Source: Dehalococcoidia bacterium (GTDB taxonomy: Bacteria; Chloroflexota; Dehalococcoidia; GIF9; AB-539-J10). From it: a stretch of 46,197 bases of DNA. Shown here piece after piece: positions 18,033 through 24,817 of the stretch (its first letter is position 1; each line of letters starts with the position of its first letter). Where the stretch lies: assembly GCA_035530115.1 (NCBI GenBank), contig DATKVL010000109.1, positions 1 through 46,197 on the forward strand. Reading direction: 5' to 3'. The position numbers and the translations under genes were made by a program. A model generated the notes under the pieces. It was given only the letters and a program-made list of their open reading frames with translations, ran no database searches and was not told the origin of the DNA.

Positions 18033-18061
18033 ACAATACCATATGAATGTACAGTTGTCAA
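18033..18061 (-). promoter_or_regulatory. sigma70-type promoter (TTGACA-N17-TATTGT)
   Basis: On the minus strand TTGACA is at 18061-18056 and TATTGT at 18038-18033, separated by a 17-nt spacer. Confidence 0.6.
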
Positions 18062-18074
18062 CATCTTGGTGAAA

Positions 18075-18281
18075 TTATTTTTTGGGCTTATGAATCCAAT
18101 AGTAGTAATTACAAATAGGACACTGCTCTTCTGAACTACTTATATCAGATGGGCATCTATCACCAGACTGGAGACCAACCTTATTAGCATAATCATATTC
18201 CCTATCACAAGCACAGAATATCTGAACTCTCTTATACTGATTGTTAATGTAGAATTTCTTCTTCTTAGTTTTCTTAGTCAT
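18075..18281 (-). CDS. Zinc-ribbon miniprotein (68 aa)
   Basis: CAC...CPSD...CPIC. AGGAGA SD directly after noncoding element A. Confidence 0.6.
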   Translation of the reverse strand: MTKKTKKKKFYINNQYKRVQIFCACDREYDYANKVGLQSGDRCPSDISSSEEQCPICNYYYWIHKPKK

Positions 18282-18302
18282 TGAAGTCTCCTAATTATTT
18301 AT

Positions 18303-18490
18303 CAGTGCGCGGGCGTCGCAAGCTCCGCCCTGCGCAACAACATACATGAGAAAACCAGTGTACCGCTTCGATCTAAAGCGAGTATCCGCCGCCATACATG
18401 AGAGCCAGTCCGTCTGCCCGGCCACTTTCCTATCGGTACTACCCGACATACAAAAGCAACTGCGCTTTTGAAAAAGAATAAGATCATGAT
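18303..18490 (-). ncRNA. Noncoding element A, candidate structured RNA and paralog of 30491..30696
   Basis: Six collinear blocks are shared with element B at near-identical spacing. GC-rich hairpins are present. The overlapping 61-aa Arg-rich track ORF has no SD. Confidence 0.55.
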
Positions 18491-18493
18491 TCT

Positions 18494-18850
18494 TTAAGTT
18501 GTTGGATTGATGCTAGCTTCCTTCCTATTGGATTCAAGTAGAGAGTGGATGAGACTCTCACGGGCTTCAGTAGTCATGCTGTCGAGGGATGCGAAGAGTT
18601 CCTCCTCACGAAGTGGTGCGGTGGGGATTGTAGATCGACGGACTTTAGGGATTATAGTAGGAAGTTTAGTGATCTTACCAGCTGATTCCCAGATGTTGAT
18701 CTGGAGGTTGATTCTCTCCCTATCCAGAGATTGGAAGAGTTTCTGACGAGAGGCTAGTTTATCCTTAATATCTTGGATTTCCTCACGAAGTTCTTTAAGA
18801 ACTATGGCCAACTCTTGGAGACGGGGATTAGATTGTAATTTTTCACTCAT
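18494..18850 (-). CDS. Coiled-coil hypothetical protein (118 aa)
   Basis: ORF track. ATGA-type overlap with the upstream gene. Confidence 0.6.
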   Translation of the reverse strand: MSEKLQSNPRLQELAIVLKELREEIQDIKDKLASRQKLFQSLDRERINLQINIWESAGKITKLPTIIPKVRRSTIPTAPLREEELFASLDSMTTEARESLIHSLLESNRKEASINPTT

Positions 18851-19062
18851 GATTTATCCTCCTTAAACGCAAAAGCTTTTCTTCCCACAGCTTGATAGAA
18901 ATCGGCCATAAGCTCAGTTATTTTCTCAGCGGCGGCTTTCAACTCTTCATCATGTGACACGGCTTCATGGTTGGCTACGTTATCACTGAAAAAATCAACA
19001 GCAAGACTTGACCTGTCCAGAGCTTCATGCCAGTAAAGCTCACTTTGTTTATATTCACTCAT
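18847..19062 (-). CDS. Hypothetical protein (71 aa)
   Basis: ORF track. Overlapping start and stop with both neighbours. Confidence 0.6.
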   Translation of the reverse strand: MSEYKQSELYWHEALDRSSLAVDFFSDNVANHEAVSHDEELKAAAEKITELMADFYQAVGRKAFAFKEDKS

Positions 19063-19292
19063 AGTTTATCCTCATACAGTTTCGTAATGTCTATCTGTAC
19101 TGTTCCGATATATTGCTCTATTATTCTTTCTGTCCAAGCCTTGCCGCAAACACTACACACAAGGTCGATATCTAGTTGGTTCTTGCAGGACGGGCAATGT
19201 AGGTGCCCACAAATATAGGTTTTCATCTTCCCAGTCTCCAGGCTTTCTTCCAATAAGTTGAGAGTGGATTCCTGTATGGATTTAATCAACAT
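19059..19292 (-). CDS. Zinc-ribbon protein (77 aa; alternative start at 19226 gives 55 aa)
   Basis: CGHLHCPSC...CSVCGK. The ATG at 19292 lies inside motif M4 with GGGGAG 5 nt upstream. The internal ATG at 19226 has a GGAGA SD. Confidence 0.6.
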   Translation of the reverse strand: MLIKSIQESTLNLLEESLETGKMKTYICGHLHCPSCKNQLDIDLVCSVCGKAWTERIIEQYIGTVQIDITKLYEDKL

Positions 19293-19297
19293 AGCAA
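19269..19297 (-). promoter_or_regulatory. 29-bp quasi-palindromic motif, copy M4
   Basis: Minus strand reads ttgctatgttGATTAAATCcatacaggaa. It contains a possible start codon. Confidence 0.75.
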
Positions 19298-19303
19298 CTC
19301 CCC

Positions 19304-19813
19304 CTATTCTTTAGCCTGCTCAGGAATCATCCCAAGAGATTTCTTGAACTCCTCAGTTCTTTCATTAGATTCAGCCACTCTCTCTTGGAGTTCCTCACTC
19401 AGTCGGTTCTCCAGATTAGCCAGAGCCATCTGATGGGTAGGTTTACTTACTTTAGTCTTAGGAGTAGTAAGGGCGGCTGAAGGCTGGAGGGATGTGGTCA
19501 AAGAGTCAAGAGACATACCTTCGGCAATCATAGCAGTGGCCATATTCCGAGGGTTTATCTTCTGAACCTTGAGGCTCATTCTCTCCAACACCATCATGGC
19601 CTCTTCTTGGGTCTGCGGGAAGTCAGCTTTACCTGAGAGTGTGAGGAGTTCAGCGAAACTCTCCATACTTAGTCGGATAAGTTCACTAATGGAGGAGGGA
19701 GTCTCACCGACTGAGGCCCAATAAAGAGCGAGGGTCGCCAGGTAACGAGCATCCACTCGACTGGTGAGGATGAGGGTTGCAGGACGGTTCTTTACTTCGG
19801 ATAGTTTACTCAT
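19304..19813 (-). CDS. Putative ribbon-helix-helix DNA-binding protein (169 aa)
   Basis: The N-terminal pattern TLILTSRVDARYLATLALYWASVGETPSSISELIRL fits beta-strand, helix, G-x-T/S, helix. AGAGGA SD before MSKLSE. Confidence 0.4.
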   Translation of the reverse strand: MSKLSEVKNRPATLILTSRVDARYLATLALYWASVGETPSSISELIRLSMESFAELLTLSGKADFPQTQEEAMMVLERMSLKVQKINPRNMATAMIAEGMSLDSLTTSLQPSAALTTPKTKVSKPTHQMALANLENRLSEELQERVAESNERTEEFKKSLGMIPEQAKE

Positions 19814-20057
19814 TAGTTTTCCTCTTTTCAATCAAATCCTTAAAGTAATCCAGAACTTCTCTCCATGTATGGAATCCAGGAGATATCTGACAGTCATTAG
19901 GAAAGTTGATGAATCCTTTCTTCTGTTTCTTATTGATTTGAGCCATCTCTTCCTTAGAATACCAAGGATATTGAAGATAGGAATTCTGCAATGAGCATGG
20001 ATGCTCGGTGAGCTTGCTCAGTTGGGCGGTTACTTGAGCCATGGTTAGATCTTTCAT
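19806..20057 (-). CDS. Hypothetical protein (83 aa)
   Basis: GGAGA SD 5 nt upstream of the ATG. Confidence 0.6.
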   Translation of the reverse strand: MKDLTMAQVTAQLSKLTEHPCSLQNSYLQYPWYSKEEMAQINKKQKKGFINFPNDCQISPGFHTWREVLDYFKDLIEKRKTNE

Positions 20058-20066
20058 GAGGATCTC

Positions 20067-20393
20067 CTATTGAAATGCACAGTTAGTGTTTATATAACAG
20101 CTGAGTCTTTCATAATGCTTATCAAGATCAGTACCTTTTATCTGACCTGCTTTAATACCTTTTACAACTTCATGAAAGTATTTCCTATAATTATTCAAAG
20201 CACTCTTAATATTTATTTTAGGATCATGAAGTTTCTTATTAAGGCATACAGTAAATCTTGAAGCATTTGCAATTCTTACTATAGTAATGCCTATGTGATA
20301 GTTAACTCCTACTACTTTGGACTTACAAACTGATCCATCATTATAGATATAGTCAATTTCTACTCCTTCAAGTTCAGGGTAGTCAGTTTTCAT
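20067..20393 (-). CDS. Hypothetical protein (108 aa)
   Basis: ORF track. ATGA coupling with the upstream gene. Confidence 0.6.
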   Translation of the reverse strand: MKTDYPELEGVEIDYIYNDGSVCKSKVVGVNYHIGITIVRIANASRFTVCLNKKLHDPKINIKSALNNYRKYFHEVVKGIKAGQIKGTDLDKHYERLSCYINTNCAFQ

Positions 20394-20674
20394 GGTATTC
20401 TTTCTCCTCTTTCTTTCTTAATCTTATTGAGCTTCTTAAGACACTCTCCACATTCTTTCATGGCAGTGGCAGTATCCGAAATCATATTGTCCAGGAGTCT
20501 CTGCTTGTTGAATTCTATATCTATTTCCTTGGTGAGGAGGGTGTAAACAAAGTAGCCCCAAGAAGTCCTATGGACTTGAGTTGTGAACTTCTCAGGGCTA
20601 GTTACCTTTCGAGTTGTGAATTCGAGAGATTTATTGGATAGTTCGATTAAGGTGTAGGAGGGCATCTTGTGCAC
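20390..20674 (-). CDS. Hypothetical protein (94 aa)
   Basis: ORF track. Packed co-directional block. Confidence 0.6.
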   Translation of the reverse strand: MHKMPSYTLIELSNKSLEFTTRKVTSPEKFTTQVHRTSWGYFVYTLLTKEIDIEFNKQRLLDNMISDTATAMKECGECLKKLNKIKKERGERIP

Positions 20675-21025
20675 CTATATAAGTTTGGCTAATTTAGCTG
20701 CTCTGGTAGCAATTTCGTTAGCAACTTTTAGTTGTGCTTCAGGATCATGCTCAAGTCTTACATACTGCATGTATAACTCTCCTTCCCTTGCACAGCCAGA
20801 AGGCCACAAACTGCACAGAGGGCATACTTTTTGGCATTGAAGTTCAGGGTATCCTACATACATCCTAGGATATTCCTGACTTACATACTCACAACAAGGA
20901 CAGTCATGTAGCATGGGATCAAAATACCATTCATATAGAATACGACTCTTTAACTTTCCAGTCTCTGCAACCTCTCTCCATAATGATGCAGAAAGTTCTA
21001 TAGCAGCATCTCTTGTTAAATTCAT
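20675..21025 (-). CDS. Cys-rich hypothetical protein (116 aa)
   Basis: CPCCEY...CQKVCPLC...GC cluster. Confidence 0.6.
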   Translation of the reverse strand: MNLTRDAAIELSASLWREVAETGKLKSRILYEWYFDPMLHDCPCCEYVSQEYPRMYVGYPELQCQKVCPLCSLWPSGCAREGELYMQYVRLEHDPEAQLKVANEIATRAAKLAKLI

Positions 21026-21034
21026 AAGATTTCC

Positions 21035-21298
21035 TTATTTCTTAATCAGCCGTAATCGGTACTTCTGACCATGCTCTTTAGTGTGGAGATTATTCACTTT
21101 TAAAAGATATTCTTTAGCCTTAATTCTGATCTCCTCACACTCAGGACATCCAGAGCAGGATTCACTCTTAAGGAATCTAGCTTGGATGCGAACTGAGAAT
21201 CCTCGCCCAGTACGGTAGGACTCCTTACTAATGCGATACCAGAGACCTTTGCATTCGACAGTGTTAAAAGGTATAGGACATTCAGGATATACCTTCAT
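21035..21298 (-). CDS. Cys-rich hypothetical protein (87 aa)
   Basis: ECPIP...ECKG...CSGCPEC. GAGGAGG SD upstream. Confidence 0.6.
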   Translation of the reverse strand: MKVYPECPIPFNTVECKGLWYRISKESYRTGRGFSVRIQARFLKSESCSGCPECEEIRIKAKEYLLKVNNLHTKEHGQKYRLRLIKK

Positions 21299-21437
21299 TG
21301 AAGACCTCCTCAGAAATCATATCATAAGACTTAAGTAAATCTAATAATTTATTACGAGTAATTTCTGATGGTATTTCACTTAAAATTTCTTTAAGTATAT
21401 TTATATCAGAGGGTGTAAATCCTTCATAATTATACAT
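21282..21437 (-). CDS. Miniprotein (51 aa), not in the ORF track
   Basis: My translation is MYNYEGFTPSDINILKEILSEIPSEITRNKLLDLLKSYDMISEEVFNEGIS. AAGGAGG SD 10 nt upstream. Confidence 0.45.
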   Translation of the reverse strand: MYNYEGFTPSDINILKEILSEIPSEITRNKLLDLLKSYDMISEEVFNEGIS

Positions 21438-21439
21438 AG

Positions 21440-21532
21440 TTAAATATCCTCCTTGAATTTCCTCCTACTCCACCCAGTCAGACAGATGTAAAGTAGAAGG
21501 ACTACGAGTAGGTAGATGATTTTAAGTAGCAT
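21440..21532 (-). CDS. Possible hydrophobic miniprotein (30 aa)
   Basis: My translation is MLLKIIYLLVVLLLYICLTGWSRRKFKEDI. It fills an otherwise noncoding gap. The SD is weak. Confidence 0.3.
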   Translation of the reverse strand: MLLKIIYLLVVLLLYICLTGWSRRKFKEDI

Positions 21533-21713
21533 TGTTCTTCTCCTTATATCTCTTAACAGCAGCTTTTTCTATCTCAGATACTCTTCGATTTAAGAGTGCC
21601 TCTCTAGCCTCCCACCCACCCTTGAAAGCATCCTTCATTATTTTCATAGTGTCAGTGTCGAGACTTAAACGATTGATGCCACTTTCTTGTATGGCTTTAG
21701 ATAATTCACTCAC
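21522..21713 (-). CDS. Hypothetical protein (63 aa, GTG start)
   Basis: AAGGAG SD 6 nt before the GTG at 21713. Confidence 0.55.
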   Translation of the reverse strand: MSELSKAIQESGINRLSLDTDTMKIMKDAFKGGWEAREALLNRRVSEIEKAAVKRYKEKNNAT

Positions 21714-21873
21714 TGTTCTTCTCCTTCATGTAAAGTTCAATAGGAATCCGATGGACTCTGCCACTCCGAGGAGAGGATCGAGTCCGTCGGTAGGTAGGCT
21801 TAGGATGCGGACGATACAAAGAGTGCTTCTTAATCTCATAGACCACTTCGGAGAGAATCTCTTTGGAATCCAT
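21706..21873 (-). CDS. Basic miniprotein (55 aa), preferred over track ORF 21726..21941
   Basis: My translation is MDSKEILSEVVYEIKKHSLYRPHPKPTYRRTRSSPRSGRVHRIPIELYMKEKNSE. GGGAGG SD 9 nt upstream. Confidence 0.4.
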   Translation of the reverse strand: MDSKEILSEVVYEIKKHSLYRPHPKPTYRRTRSSPRSGRVHRIPIELYMKEKNSE

Positions 21874-21894
21874 AACCTTAGGCCTCCCAAGTTA

Positions 21895-22122
21895 TCAGTG
21901 AAGAATGAGGGAGAATCCAGGGTAGCGAGGAGTTTCTCCAATCTCCATCTTATAAGCGGCTAGAAGGATGTACAAAGTACCCAGTCCGTTGGGCTTGGAT
22001 ACTATGTGATGAAGAAGGGTGGTGGTGGGAAGTTTGGGAGCCTTATACTTGCCACAAGGCCCGATAGAGGCAATACCTTTACATTCCACACGAGTACAAT
22101 TATTACAGATTCTGAGAGACAT
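21895..22122 (-). CDS. Cys-containing hypothetical protein (75 aa)
   Basis: CNNCTRVECKG...GPCGK. Confidence 0.55.
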   Translation of the reverse strand: MSLRICNNCTRVECKGIASIGPCGKYKAPKLPTTTLLHHIVSKPNGLGTLYILLAAYKMEIGETPRYPGFSLILH

Positions 22123-22125
22123 GAG

Positions 22126-22308
22126 TTAATCCTCCTTATGAATTGTTAATCTTCCTACAAATGAATAAGTAATTTTAGTTTCTCCATTTCGTAACTGTCT
22201 AAGAAGACTCTCTATAATATCGAAAGTCCTATATCTATCAACAGTTATATTGATAGAGTCAGGAAAATCTTTTAAAGTAGTAATACTACATGATTTAGGC
22301 TTTCTCAT
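22126..22308 (-). CDS. Hypothetical protein (60 aa)
   Basis: ORF track. Packed block. Confidence 0.5.
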   Translation of the reverse strand: MRKPKSCSITTLKDFPDSINITVDRYRTFDIIESLLRQLRNGETKITYSFVGRLTIHKED

Positions 22309-22316
22309 ATAACCTC

Positions 22317-22577
22317 CTAAATTACCATCCAGATTATTGAGCCAATCACTATAGCCAGCCCAGTGAGTACTATCAACCTCTTCCCCCTTACAGTTCTACG
22401 CTTAGACTCGAAGAACTCCCTCTGAGCATCCCTCCAGGTCCAGAAGATCACTTGATCCGACCACTGCCATCGATTCACGTGGAGAGGCTGGAAGTTTAAG
22501 AATCCCATCTCCTTTCCACGTCGAACTTCTGGAGAACGATCCATGTCAGGGAATTTTGATTTCTTAGATTTTCTCAT
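22317..22577 (-). CDS. Small membrane protein (86 aa, C-terminal TM)
   Basis: Hydrophobic segment LIVLTGLAIVIGSIIWMVI at the C-terminus. Confidence 0.55.
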   Translation of the reverse strand: MRKSKKSKFPDMDRSPEVRRGKEMGFLNFQPLHVNRWQWSDQVIFWTWRDAQREFFESKRRTVRGKRLIVLTGLAIVIGSIIWMVI

Positions 22578-22788
22578 AGAAATTACCTCCTATAATAACA
22601 TAGTCAATGCCTATACTGTCAATACTGATAGATGTAACTTCAATAGATGTATAAATTATATCTTTAGAATTACAGAACCTTATTACAGATTCTTTATCCT
22701 TAGATATAATCCATATAATCTTTTCATCCGTAGCATCAGTACCACCATTAAAGCCTTCTTCAACTACTTCATAGACGATCATGACCAA
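22564..22788 (-). CDS. Hypothetical protein (74 aa)
   Basis: ORF track. Overlapping ends with both neighbours. Confidence 0.55.
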   Translation of the reverse strand: MVMIVYEVVEEGFNGGTDATDEKIIWIISKDKESVIRFCNSKDIIYTSIEVTSISIDSIGIDYVIIGGNFYEKI

Positions 22789-23027
22789 GTCTCCGCAGGA
22801 CAGTGTTTACACCGGTTGAGAGTATCCCCATCACTGTTAATGTAGAGGACTTCCCACTCGTTAACATGAGGATCTATCTTACCAAAAGATCGACCTTTAG
22901 CAGGTAAGCCAAATGTTCTGATACATTTATAAGGAAAGTTAATGACATAGATGCAAATTCCCATGACTATGGCAATGATTAGCATCCCCACTCGTACAGT
23001 CCAGATGAGTAACATTTCATGTCCCAT
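22779..23027 (-). CDS. Small membrane protein (82 aa, N-terminal TM)
   Basis: Hydrophobic segment LLIWTVRVGMLIIAIVMGICIYVI. GGGAGG SD. First gene after the promoter at 23091..23119. Confidence 0.6.
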   Translation of the reverse strand: MGHEMLLIWTVRVGMLIIAIVMGICIYVINFPYKCIRTFGLPAKGRSFGKIDPHVNEWEVLYINSDGDTLNRCKHCPAETWS

Positions 23028-23068
23028 GAATATTTCCTCCCAGTTATTGTTGATCTAAGGGCAAATCC

Positions 23069-23110
23069 ATTACCCCATTCATACCATTACACCATACACC
23101 ACATTACACC
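23069..23110 (-). repeat. Tandem array of five 8-9-bp units (GGTGTAAT-like) overlapping a promoter
   Basis: Minus strand reads GGTGTAAT GTGGTGTAT GGTGTAAT GGTATGAAT GGGGTAAT. Confidence 0.7.
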
Positions 23111-23119
23111 AGTTGTCAA
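23091..23119 (-). promoter_or_regulatory. sigma70-type promoter (TTGACA-N17-TATGGT)
   Basis: On the minus strand TTGACA is at 23119-23114 and TATGGT at 23096-23091. Confidence 0.5.
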
Positions 23120-23156
23120 TATCTAACCAATTTTAATTTGAGTAGTGGAGATGGTT

Positions 23157-23185
23157 ATGCTATGATGATTTAATCCACATAGCAT
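23157..23185 (-). promoter_or_regulatory. 29-bp quasi-palindromic motif, copy M5
   Basis: Minus strand reads atgctatgtgGATTAAATCatcatagcat, 37 nt upstream of the -35 element at 23119. Confidence 0.75.
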
Positions 23186-23261
23186 TCCAACTTCTCCTAG
23201 TCAGGCTAATAGATGAGAAAGTCTGACTGGAGAGGTCAGCATGATTCCTTGCGGAATCCCA

Positions 23262-23393
23262 TTAGTTCCATACATTAAGGACACGAACATTAGTAGCAAT
23301 CACCACTAATGCCCATTCAGAAGTCCGGCCACTCCGAATCCACCACCCACAGAATCTCAACGAGTAGGTACTCCACCCCAGTAGTCCATCCAT
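23262..23393 (-). CDS. Trp-rich miniprotein (43 aa), not in the ORF track
   Basis: My translation is MDGLLGWSTYSLRFCGWWIRSGRTSEWALVVIATNVRVLNVWN. Strong GGAGGAGG SD 7 nt upstream. Confidence 0.45.
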   Translation of the reverse strand: MDGLLGWSTYSLRFCGWWIRSGRTSEWALVVIATNVRVLNVWN

Positions 23394-23727
23394 ATCTCTA
23401 CCTCCTCCAGTATATAGTTCTACTGACTATTGGGACGATAGTCCCGAATGCACCAAATGGAATGAGCGTCAAGAGTCTCATAAACCCAATGAATCCACCC
23501 CATACACACACCATTCAATCAAAATTTTGTAATGGAGAGAGTTGATATTCAATCTATATATAATCCTTCTTAGTTATATAATATTTTTTGGTACCACCTT
23601 AACTCTAAGGCATTTTCCCGTTACGCCATTACCCAGTTACTGCGTTACAATTCCATTTAAATTTGTGTGTGCATGGGGTGCGTTTAATCCATTCTTTCGG
23701 CTTTTTCAATTCAACCAATGCACCCCA

Positions 23728-23874
23728 TTACACTCCACCCTGACAAGAACACAGAAGTTCCCCTAGATATATCTGACCTTCTTTGATGAATATCTCACGT
23801 CCAAATATCATTACTAATTTAGAGTCATACTTAAATAATAACTTTCCACAGTCTGGGCATTTTGCATATAGCAT
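23728..23874 (-). CDS. Zinc-ribbon miniprotein (48 aa), not in the ORF track
   Basis: My translation is MLYAKCPDCGKLLFKYDSKLVMIFGREIFIKEGQIYLGELLCSCQGGV. AAGGAG SD 6 nt upstream. Confidence 0.55.
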   Translation of the reverse strand: MLYAKCPDCGKLLFKYDSKLVMIFGREIFIKEGQIYLGELLCSCQGGV

Positions 23875-23963
23875 GATAATCTCCTTGTTAAGTTAATGTT
23901 GATGATACCCAGCATAAAGAGCAGATAACTTTGGTTGGTTAGTTGGTGAGCCTACTGATTGAC

Positions 23964-24455
23964 TTAATATTCTTCTGCGTCCCCAGGATCGACAAAGATC
24001 GGATCGCCATCCTCGTCCAACTCTGGAGTGTTGTCCACTTCCTCCTGCTTTACTTCGTTGCCACCTGCTTCGAGAAACTTACTCCAGTCGTTCCTGATCT
24101 GCCCCTGCCATCCCCCTCGTACATTCCACAAGAAAGCCCTAACCTCCTCCGGTGACTTCCCGGCAAGGTATGCCCGAATGTCGTCCTCAGTAATCGGGCG
24201 GGTACGATTGCGGCCGCCCTCGAAGAGAGGGACTCCGAATGTTACAATCTTCGGGAGTTTCCCACTGAGGAACTTATCCCAGTTGTTCCTGATCTGCCCC
24301 TGCCATATGACAATCTGATTCGCAATGGCATGACGCTGAATGATCGAGGGATCAACCCCGTCAAATGAACATTCAAACTCTACTTCCTTGAAATTCTTCG
24401 CGGCCTTCTGCTCCGCATCCATTGCCACTTTAAACTTCACAGTTGTTGTGCTCAT
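23964..24455 (-). CDS. First early protein (163 aa) with an internal duplication and acidic C-terminal tail
   Basis: WQGQIRNNWDKFL and WQGQIRNDWSKFL repeats. C-terminus DEDGDPIFVDPGDAEEY. AAGGAGA SD. Lies downstream of the consensus early promoter. Confidence 0.75.
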   Translation of the reverse strand: MSTTTVKFKVAMDAEQKAAKNFKEVEFECSFDGVDPSIIQRHAIANQIVIWQGQIRNNWDKFLSGKLPKIVTFGVPLFEGGRNRTRPITEDDIRAYLAGKSPEEVRAFLWNVRGGWQGQIRNDWSKFLEAGGNEVKQEEVDNTPELDEDGDPIFVDPGDAEEY

Positions 24456-24638
24456 GATGATTCTCCTTATTGTCGGAAAGTCATCTGCCCTTTAGGCCAG
24501 GTATCATGTATTCCAGCTCTGTTACGCCATGCCCTACGGCTCTCCCGTATCCCATGTCGCCAGCCCTACTGGTTCGGGCGATGCCCGTTATGTCAATGAT
24601 CGGTGGGGCGTTATGTATTGTGCCCCGATGTTGATCCC

Positions 24639-24666
24639 ATTATACCAAATTTGAGGGATTTGTCAA
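24639..24666 (-). promoter_or_regulatory. Leftward early promoter P_L, consensus sigma70 with extended -10
   Basis: On the minus strand TTGACA is at 24666-24661, then a 16-nt spacer ending in TGg, then TATAAT at 24644-24639. Confidence 0.75.
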
Positions 24667-24817
24667 ATTAGGCGTCCAAAACCCGCATGGTCCCCCCATC
24701 GGGGGTTGGGGGTTGGCTGTACCCCATAGATCCTTGTATGTAAGTTGTGTCGTAAGTTTGGTATTGGTACCAATTGGTGATTAATCCATCCTCTTAGCAC
24801 TCTATCCTTAGCACTTT

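Noticed and set aside
18302-18487. 61-aa ORF (MILFFFKSAVAFVCRVV...RRAELATPAH)
   Set aside because: It has no ribosome-binding site, and after a hydrophobic start the composition is Arg-rich. The block it shares with element B is read in a different frame there, and the B counterpart stops after 16 codons. I treat it as noncoding element A, although a short hydrophobic leader peptide is not fully excluded.
21532-21963. 143-aa plus-strand ORF and 71-aa minus-strand ORF 21726..21941
   Set aside because: The plus-strand ORF is antisense to a packed minus-strand block. The 71-aa ORF starts 47 nt inside the upstream gene and has no ribosome-binding site. A 55-aa ORF in another frame (21706..21873) has a GGGAGG ribosome-binding site and fits the gap better. 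Both calls remain uncertain.
23190-23260. Possible tRNA or small RNA gene in the hairpin-rich stretch near M5
   Set aside because: The two hairpins do not form a cloverleaf, and no T-loop (GTTCRANYC) or anticodon-arm geometry is present. I saw no tRNA anywhere in the window by eye, but tRNAscan-SE should confirm this.
23309-23766. Two plus-strand ORFs (78 aa and 74 aa) in the gene-poor region
   Set aside because: They lie on the wrong strand for this arm and have no ribosome-binding sites. Their sequences are low-complexity and rich in Pro, His and Thr. They overlap the minus-strand miniprotein genes, which do have strong ribosome-binding sites.
24456-24720. A third, plus-strand copy of noncoding elements A and B
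   Set aside because: There are only short ordered matches to element A (CTTATT, GGCCAGG, TCATGTAT, ACTGGTT, TTATGTAT). The spacing is not conserved. In this orientation it would not be transcribed from either mapped promoter. It could be chance, or partial complementarity between the early leader and A/B, and it needs a statistical alignment.
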